A stretch of 64,000 nucleotides of DNA from Elsinoe ampelina (Eukaryota): assembly GCA_010093995.1 (NCBI GenBank), contig ML992508.1, positions 62,001 through 126,000 of the forward strand. The letters run 5' to 3'. The position numbers and the translations under genes were made by a program. Below are positions 56,239 to 64,000 of the stretch, in pieces; positions within the stretch are counted from its first letter, which is position 1; every line of letters begins with the position of its first letter. Below the pieces are notes generated by a model that worked only from the letters and a program-made list of their open reading frames with translations, was not told the origin of the DNA and made no database searches.

Positions 56239-57936
56239 ATGGCAGCCCCCAGCCCCACGCTCCACGCCCACCCCTCCGGCCTCCTCCTCGCCATCGAAGG
56301 CTGCGGCCACGGCGTCCTCCACAGCATCTACGCGAGCGCCACCCTCGCCGCCTCACGCGCCGGCTGGCCCACCATCGACCTCCTCCTCATCGGCGGCGAC
56401 TTCCAATCCGTCCGCAACGCCGACGACCTCGCCTGCGTGTCCATGCCAGCCAAGTACCGCTCCATGCAGGACTTTCACGAGTACTACTCCGGCGCACGAA
56501 AGGCGCCTTACCTCACCATCTTTGTCGGAGGGAATCACGAGGCGTCGAATTACTTGTCCGAACTGCATTATGGGGGCTGGGTGGCGGAGAATATATACTT
56601 TATGGGAGCGGCGAATGTGTTGGATGTGGGCGGGGTGAGGATCGCGGGCATGAGTGGGATTTGGAAGGGGTATGATTATCGGAAGCCGCATTTTGAGAGG
56701 CTGCCGTATAATGCGGATGAGGTCAAGAGCGTGTACCATACGAGGGAAGTGGATGTGAGGAAGTTGTTGGCGGTGAGGACGCAGGTGGATGTGGGTGTCA
56801 GTCATGATTGGCCAAAGGGAGTGGAGTGGATGGGGGATCATGCGAGGTTGTGGAGGGGAAAGGGGCATTTGGAGGAGGATGCGAGAGAGGGAAGGTTGGG
56901 AAACACGGCGGCGAAGATGGTGTTGGAGAGACTGAGGCCGAGTTGGTGGTTTAGTGCGCATCTGCATGTCAAGTATGCGGCGGTGGTAGAGCACCAGGGG
57001 GTGCGCAAGGAGGAGGCACAGGTAGTCAACGCTGGAGCGGAGAAGAATGCGGACGAGATCGATCTGGAAGATGATGATGCACCACCAGCGGTCAATGCTT
57101 CGATCGGAACGCCTGCAAAGAATGACGACGAGATTGACCTGGACATGGAGGACGACGATGGTACTGCACCACAAACGAATGTCGATCTCCATGGTGCGAA
57201 CGGAGCACCAGAGCCTGTTACGGACGAGCCAGCGCCGCCTCCTAATAGCGAGGTGCCAGACTCGTTACGTGCTCAACTACCTGAAGCATTCACTCGACAA
57301 AAGTCACCGCCGCCTGCGTCGCTCCCTTTCCCGGAAAGCATAACGAACACCAAAACGCAATTCCTGGCTCTAGACAAGTGTCTGCCAAGCCGAGACTTTC
57401 TCCAACTTACCTCGATACCCAAAAGCGATGGATCGGACGACATTCAGCGTCCAGTCAAGCTTCGGTATGACAAGGAATGGCTGGCTATCACACGAGTATT
57501 TGCATCAGATCTGACTTTTGGCGATCCGAATGCAGAGGTCCCAAAACACATGGGAGAGGCACACTATCGACCGTTGATTGAAGCCGAGGAGCAATGGATC
57601 GAAGACAATCTGGTAAAGACGGGCAAGATGGAGGTGCCTGAAACCTTTCGGATCACGGCGCCAGTATACGATGGGCAAGGTATCAGCAAGGTAGAAATGC
57701 CGAGAGAGTATACGAACAATCAGACGAAGGACTTTTGCACCTTGCTGGGAATACCGAATCCGTTCGACATGTCCGAAGCGGAGCGAGACGCAAGAATGCA
57801 GCGGGGTCCGCGCCCGACGGAGGGTAGAGATGACGGCGGTCGTGGAGGGTTCCGAGGAGGGCGCGGTCGCGGACGAGGCGGCGGCAGAGGCGGGTTCGGA
57901 CGCGGTAGAGGAGGGCGCAGGGGTGGTCGATGGTGA
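56239..57936 (+). CDS. DBR1: RNA lariat debranching enzyme
   Basis: 'AIEGCGHG', 'GDFQSVRN', 'P.KYR.M.DF', 'GGNHE', 'SHDWP', 'FSAHLH' and 'FLALDKCLP.RDFLQ'. Confidence 0.97.
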   Translation: MAAPSPTLHAHPSGLLLAIEGCGHGVLHSIYASATLAASRAGWPTIDLLLIGGDFQSVRNADDLACVSMPAKYRSMQDFHEYYSGARKAPYLTIFVGGNHEASNYLSELHYGGWVAENIYFMGAANVLDVGGVRIAGMSGIWKGYDYRKPHFERLPYNADEVKSVYHTREVDVRKLLAVRTQVDVGVSHDWPKGVEWMGDHARLWRGKGHLEEDAREGRLGNTAAKMVLERLRPSWWFSAHLHVKYAAVVEHQGVRKEEAQVVNAGAEKNADEIDLEDDDAPPAVNASIGTPAKNDDEIDLDMEDDDGTAPQTNVDLHGANGAPEPVTDEPAPPPNSEVPDSLRAQLPEAFTRQKSPPPASLPFPESITNTKTQFLALDKCLPSRDFLQLTSIPKSDGSDDIQRPVKLRYDKEWLAITRVFASDLTFGDPNAEVPKHMGEAHYRPLIEAEEQWIEDNLVKTGKMEVPETFRITAPVYDGQGISKVEMPREYTNNQTKDFCTLLGIPNPFDMSEAERDARMQRGPRPTEGRDDGGRGGFRGGRGRGRGGGRGGFGRGRGGRRGGRW

Positions 57937-60829
57937 GTCGATACGAATTGGCTTCGAGAAGACTGTGACGGCCTTGCTGCGTTTTGTGGTTGCTTTGCTG
58001 AGATACCCATCATGCCCTAGACTGGAGCATAAAAGTAATGAACATGATCAAACGTACCAAACTTGATACGTACGAGGTCCACGCGTGCTCCCGCAAGATG
58101 CAATCATCTTTTCCAGAAGTTCTGCCAGCCGAACACTTCCGTAGCTGGATGAGATGCATCATTTGACATTTTGACTGCAGGGAGGGTGGAGACGTGCCCA
58201 GCTTGCGCAGCTTCACGACCTCCATGCTTTGGATAGCAATGATACCAAGGACACAGCCCCGGCCATGCACCTTGGAAAGGCTGTCGCTTTCTTGCTGACC
58301 AACGACGTGCAGGATAGACGGGCGATTGAATTATCGCAGCCTATAGCGAGCCCGTAGCGTATCGTTTGATCATCGCCTGATCCACAGAGTTGGAGTGTAT
58401 TCAGCGACGTTTGCTATGTTACGAGTCACTCGCCACTTGACCACGTCGACATAATAATGTCTTGCCAACTTGACACATGTTCACCACCGACGTTTTGAGA
58501 GCAGTTTGCGGATCCTGTGGCGAGCCCGAAAATCCTCGATATCTGGCGTGAATTGATCCTTCCAAATTTGTGCATGTTCCTGGCAGACCCTGGGCGACAT
58601 GCAGCGAGTCACGACAAGTCTAGAACGCCTCTTACCCTTCCATCTATTTTCTCGATAGTGCGACACAAGCAACTTATCTCGTACCTGTGATTGTCGCACA
58701 AAGAAGAGGGCGCAGGTCAGCTCGGCAATATCTGAAGAACCCCCGCCCATCAGGCATGCAGCTGCAAACGCCCTTCGACGCAAGTGTGCATGCGATCTGT
58801 TCAGAGGCGTCAGGGAGTTGGCGATCAGATCCTACCCGTGCGAGCCCTAAGGTCTTCTGAAGAAGGTCCACGCGGCATTCCACGTCTCAAAGCTCAGGGT
58901 CGACAGCCACCGGCGTCAGAGACTCGTGCCCTTGTTGGCTGTGACAGGTTGTCCATGTCCCTGTCACGACCCTTCCTCGCACAATGTTCGGCATCCCATA
59001 TCCAGGAATAAACCAGCATCCTGCGCGTCGTGGGCATCCACGTCCTGGTCCTGAAGGCAGCTTCGTTTCCAAACTCCCCCTCCACCTTCATGTCGATCAA
59101 ACCCTTGACTTCCCTTCGCCATCCAATAGCAAGCACTAACGTACCGGCAACCGGCGTCAATCTTTTCCTCTTCCTCCCGCATCTCATGCAATCTTGGTTC
59201 CACCGTTGCACGGCCCACTGGAAGGAAGAGCCGAGACGCATCCGTGGCCGCTGTTTTTGGCATCTTTCATCTCCCCCGTCAGGTCCCTGAGCCGTCACAA
59301 GTAATGTCCAGACGAGAAGATCTGCATGACCCCTCCAGGGTCTGTCATTCGCACCATGAATGAAAAGAAAGCTAGGTCCCCCAATTCTGCTTGCTACAAG
59401 AAAGATACTTTGCTACCCCTCACACGTTCACAACTCTCGTGACCACGTCCGTTATAACCAGACGCCCAACTCCTCTTCCTTCATTCAGGAGTTCCGATCC
59501 GCTTCATCCTCTGTTGGATACCGCATAAAAGCATCACTACCACTCTTACCACGTCGACCGTTATAAAGCCCCTCTTCGCCAGGCAGGACAACTCTGTTCA
59601 CATCCCTGCGATCGAGCCCACCACTCAAACCCACCACCTGACTCCGCTCTAACGGGGTACTACAAAGGAAAAAAAGATGTCCAAATTCATCGAGTTGCTC
59701 GACGAGCCTTCCCAACCCAATCTCCACATTGACACGCGTTCTCCCTCGCACTCATCCTCGTTACACAACTCGCCGACTACCTCAGCCTCGAACGTCTCAC
59801 TTGAGGAGACCATTGCCCAGACCAGGCTTCGCTCGCCGTCGACTAGCACTTCTGGGTCAAATGAGGGGAAAACGCCCATGAGCCCTCTCAGTCCGGTACG
59901 GAATGTCTTGAGGAAGGGTTGGAGGAGGAAGTCCTAGTCAAGTGTGGACCTTTTCGGAAAGAGCATGCATGGATAGTCCCCTCGGTGTTTGGATATACAA
60001 AAGGTTCATACACTGAGACTACAATGGGTGTCGGATTGGATCATACGGGATGAGTTACGCGAAGATCATGTCTAATGTTTATGAACGAACGGGAGGAAAC
60101 CAGCCGCTGATCTGACCTTGCTGCTCGTCGCTGCCGTCCAAGCGCGAGTATATAGATCAGGACGCTCTCATGCTCTTGGCTGGGCAGAGGCTCTGGGTCC
60201 GGATTGGCGGTGCGTGGACGCATGTAAATGGATTGGCTCTCGCCTGTATATAGAGAAATGTACCATCACCTACTCTACACTTTTCTGCGTCTTTTCTGCG
60301 TCATGTCGATTCATGTGAGGCCTAATCATCGAAGGTCTCATGGATGATGTCAAAAGCTTCCCTCCACAGCCCTGCGTCACTGCCCGTGGCACTTCAACCC
60401 TGCTCGGAGAACTGATCGGAAAACTCATAACAACCGATCAATCCCACTATCTTGACTGCCGTAATTCACTCAGATTACTGGCACAAATCCCAACCACCAC
60501 AACTCCCTTCCCGTTCAACCCCAAACATCAACCCCTCACCTCCCCATCCTCTTCTGCCTTCTTGGGAGATGTATAATCGAACTCATGGTGGATGGAGTTC
60601 AGAGCAGACTCTCGCAAAGTGTGATTGACTAGGAGACTCACGACTGATACCCATCTCGGTACCGTGACTGAGTTCTCCGGGCTGGCGATACCGTGGTAGG
60701 AATTCGGCCTCTGAACAGCAAGACGTCAAACGATGAGGATTCGATCAATAGCAGGGCCGAATGGTAGCCAAGTTCCCGTGGGGTAGAGGAGAATGAGGGG
60801 TCCTGGGAATCGTGTTGAACAGGTTCATG

Positions 60830-61470
60830 ATATATGCCAGTCTGTCCTCGACGAGAACGACACCATCGCACCTTATGCCAACATCCGCCACTTACCATCC
60901 CTTCGTACCTGTCTAGTTGAGTCTCCACGGATCACTCCTCCGACACCTCAAGGTCTTACCCGCGAGACACCAGCAGAAGGCTCCCGGATCGACGGCGAGT
61001 ACATCGCTGGCAGTGTGACTGTCAGCATGCCCGCCTATGTCGCTCACAGGAACGAGGAGATCTTCCCAGACGCGGAGACATACAATCCAGATCGCTGGCT
61101 GGGTGAGAAGTGCAAAGAACTTGGACCGTACTTTATCGCTTTCTCTGCCGGTGCGAGAGGCTGTATCGGCAGGAACATTTCCTATCTGGAGCATACTGTT
61201 GTGCTTGCCAGTGTCGTCCATCGATATGGCATTGAACTTGTGGATTCGAATTATGTACCTCAACGGTGGGAGATCCAGAACTAACATTCTCCACGGGGAA
61301 ACGAGCACCCTCACCGAGTGTAGGGCTATACCCTAGGATCTTCTCGATCTAATTGGGCAAGTGCACAGGTATGCTCGTTTCCCCGTGGAGAACGTTACCA
61401 TTTGAGTGAGCTACCAATTAAGCTTCGGAGGAGAGATGGAAGGGCAGAGAAGGTTGCCGTCCAAGAGTAG
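60830..61470 (+). pseudogene. Cytochrome P450 3' fragment (5'-truncated, MITE-interrupted)
   Basis: ExxR 'ESPR', 'NPDRW' and heme motif 'FSAGARGCIG'; no upstream P450 coding sequence is visible. Confidence 0.85.
61284..61395. mobile_element. 112-bp MITE, Fot1/pogo (Tc1-mariner superfamily) type
   Basis: 24-bp TIRs AC(A/G)TTCTCCACGGGGAAACGAGCA at 61284-61307 and 61372-61395 (1 mismatch); TA duplicated at 61282-61283 and 61396-61397. Confidence 0.9.
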
Positions 61471-62193
61471 ATGAGGCTGACGTTCAGCTTTGACTTTCCA
61501 CCCATGTTTACATAGATTATGACCGGAATGACGACGTTCATCGAAATGCCCAATCGGAGAAAGACAAGGATCAGAGAAAATAACAGAGAGAGAGCTGAGC
61601 ACAATAAATGGCCATGTAGTCGAGCGAGAGGTACTTGGACAAACGGGGTGGAGCTGCAGCCCTCGTTGGATTACTGAGTGATATACGAGTAATCTGTGGA
61701 GTATTCGTTGATCACGACCTTGTGCAGATCATTCGACCCGACCAAAACATGTCGCGCCGCCGAATGCCGTCGCCGCTGTACAGAGGACTTTCATTCGTGC
61801 AATCTGATTCTCCCGCCCGGCCGCGACCGGCCAAGCTCTTCCGGAAATTGCTTGGGCTTGCTTAAGTTTGCTTGTCACCTTCAAGCAACCTCGCTAAACA
61901 CGGCATTCAAGGCCTTCCTACCTTGGCATTGTTTCGAGATGCTGGAGCCCGCTGTGCCGGAGCATCTTCCGACTGGCTGTAAGTGATCATGGAGATGCTA
62001 GAGGAGTGGGTGCCACACTCCTGAGGACCCCGCGGGTAATTATCCCTGGCGCAATCCGCTATTGATGCGACTTCCGGTCCTCTAGAGTGGGAAGGTGAGG
62101 AGATTGGCGGCGAGGAGTGGCGATGGAGTATATAGTCTACTGGTCTAGCAGCCCTAGACAGACAGACGTGTTTCAGTGCCCTATACCGCAAGC

Positions 62194-63576
62194 ATGAAGT
62201 ACTCTCTGGTTCTCGCTGGCCTTGCTGCCACCGCTTATGCGATTCCCAAGCACCACACAAAGTCGACGAAGATCAAGACTACAAAGCAACACAAGACTAC
62301 TACTACGTCCAAGATTGCCACAACGACCTCAGTAGCAAGCTCGACGATTCCAATCACTGTAGTAGCTCCTGCTTCTTCAAGTGCCTCGACATCGGCTTCA
62401 CCTTCAGCCTCTCCTTCTGCGGCACCCGCGCCGTCAGGATGCGTTGTGACTGACTTTGCTGCCATTCCCGCTGCAGTCGCCAACTGCACCTCGATCACGC
62501 TCAAGGACATCCATGCCCCGTCCAATCAGACTATCGACCTTCAAAAGCTCCTGCCACACACTACCGTCACCTTTGCCGGCACGACTACCTTTGACTTCAC
62601 CAACATCTCGTCGTTCGACCCGATTGTGATCAGCGGTACCGATATCACGGTGACTGCCGAACCGGACGCTCTCCTTGACGGCAATGGACCCATCTACTGG
62701 GACGGCATCGGGTCCAACGGAGGTGTTCCCAAGTAAGAAGTTCTACACATCTTTCGTGAGAACACGACTAATCGTTCCAGGCCCAACCACTTCATCGTCC
62801 TGAAGAAGATCAACGGTGGCGTTGTCAAGGACCTCAAGATCAAGAACTGGCCAGTCCATCTCTTCTCCATCTCTGGCTGCAACAACGTTGACATGTTCGA
62901 CCTGTATCTCGACAACACCGATGGTAACGCCCCGAACAATCGCAGCAAGGGGCTTCCGGCTGCCCACAACTCGGACGGTTTTGATCTAAGCTCCTCCACC
63001 AACTTCACCATTCGCGACAGCGTCGTGCTAAACCAGGATGACTGCGTTGCCGTCACCAGCGGCGACAACGTCAAGGTCGACAACATGTACTGCGACGGCG
63101 GCCATGGTCTCAGCATTGGCTCCGTCGGTGGCAAGAGCAACAACAACGTGACCAACATCTCGGTATGTACCCTACCTCGTCCTCCTACGTGCCTCTTTAA
63201 TAATCCCTAGTTCACAAACTCCGTCGTCCTCAACTCCGAGAATGGCCCTCGCATAAAGACCAATTCCAACACCACCGGCTTCATCTCCGACATCACCTAC
63301 CGCAACATCACCGTCTCCAACATCAGCATCTACGGCATCGACGTCCAGCAGGATTACCTCAACGGTGGACCAACGGGCAGCCCCACCAACGGCGTGATAA
63401 TTCAGAATGTGTTGTTCGAGGACATCAAGGGTACTGCGAACGAGGACGGCAAGAACTACTACGTGCTCTGCGGCGAGGGGAGCTGTAGCAATATCAAGTT
63501 CGTGAATGTGGACATCACCAGTGGAGGGAAGCCGAGCTCGTGTAACTTGCCGGCGGATGAGTGTCCGGTCATCTAG
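62194..63576 (+). CDS. Secreted endopolygalacturonase (GH28), 2 introns
   Basis: Signal peptide; 'YWDG.GSNGG', 'HNSDGFD', 'NQDDCVA', 'GGHGLSIGSVG' and 'RIKT'; introns at 62733-62780 and 63163-63210. Confidence 0.95.
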
Positions 63577-63941
63577 AGAGATAGATCTTTGTCTGTAAAG
63601 ATTTCTGTTCATGTGCGGCTCGTGTCCAAGGCTCGTCCATATCGTTAGCAATTGCCTGCGATCAAGATTGTAGGCATGGGCGTCGAGCCCTTCTTCATTC
63701 CTTGCTATATCAACTCGATACTTGGGAATAATCAAAGGAATTAACAAATAGCCTCGTCAAAAGATTCGTGATGGGGCCGAGTCCCCGCCCTACTGAGCAA
63801 ACTCACCCGCCTTCGGGGAGCCAGCCATGAACTCACCGCACCGCTTTGCTTTCACCGAGCTTTCCAATGCTGTCCTGCCACTGAGTCTGAATGATTATCA
63901 CACGGTTCAGGGTTCTCGGAGGGCAAAAATTCAAAAATTCG

Positions 63942-64000
63942 TGATGAAGACGAGATTCGAACTCGCGCGGTTTCCCATCACGGGTTTACATACGTAGACC
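63942..64000 (-). tRNA. 3' half of a long-variable-arm tRNA, probably tRNA-Leu (truncated by window edge, likely intron-containing)
   Basis: Minus strand reads CCCGT-GATGGGAAACCGC-GCGAG-TTCGAAT-CTCGT-CTTCATC-A, followed by T5 tracts (Pol III terminator). Discriminator A favours Leu; the anticodon is not visible. Confidence 0.8.

Noticed and set aside
58481..59937. Short ORFs (58481-58783, 58894-59298, 59677-59937) as genes
   Set aside because: They have no recognisable domains or supported splice model; small genes or a relic cannot be excluded.
63757..63786. Partial resemblance (AAAAGATTCGTGATGGGGCCGAG) to the tRNA 3' end at 63930-63955
   Set aside because: It is too short and lacks a T-loop, so a second tRNA is not supported.

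Overview
Gene-dense region of a filamentous ascomycete genome: short fungal introns and a RIP-mutated repeat island are seen directly; a plant-associated Dothideomycete-type lifestyle is inferred. About 25 protein genes are present. Plant-cell-wall genes include a GH43, a 2406-aa single-exon pectin methylesterase with five CE8 domains (two apparently catalytically dead), a GH28 polygalacturonase and an L-rhamnose mutarotase. There are also transporters and housekeeping genes (TFB4, ZPR1, cyclophilin PPIL3, DBR1, taspase-like). An AT-rich island at 31700-42583 resolves into a complete IS3EU-like DNA transposon (TACGG...CCGTA ends, TGCA duplication) carrying a nested full-length Copia LTR element. 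Other highlights: a 112-bp Fot1-type MITE inside a P450 relic; a tandem pair of spliced, signal-peptide-less Cys-rich genes missed by the ORF track; an F-box gene split by one stop; recurrent C-rich to G-rich skew switches; a partial tRNA at the right edge. All calls come from manual motif reading with no database searches, and exon boundaries are approximate.
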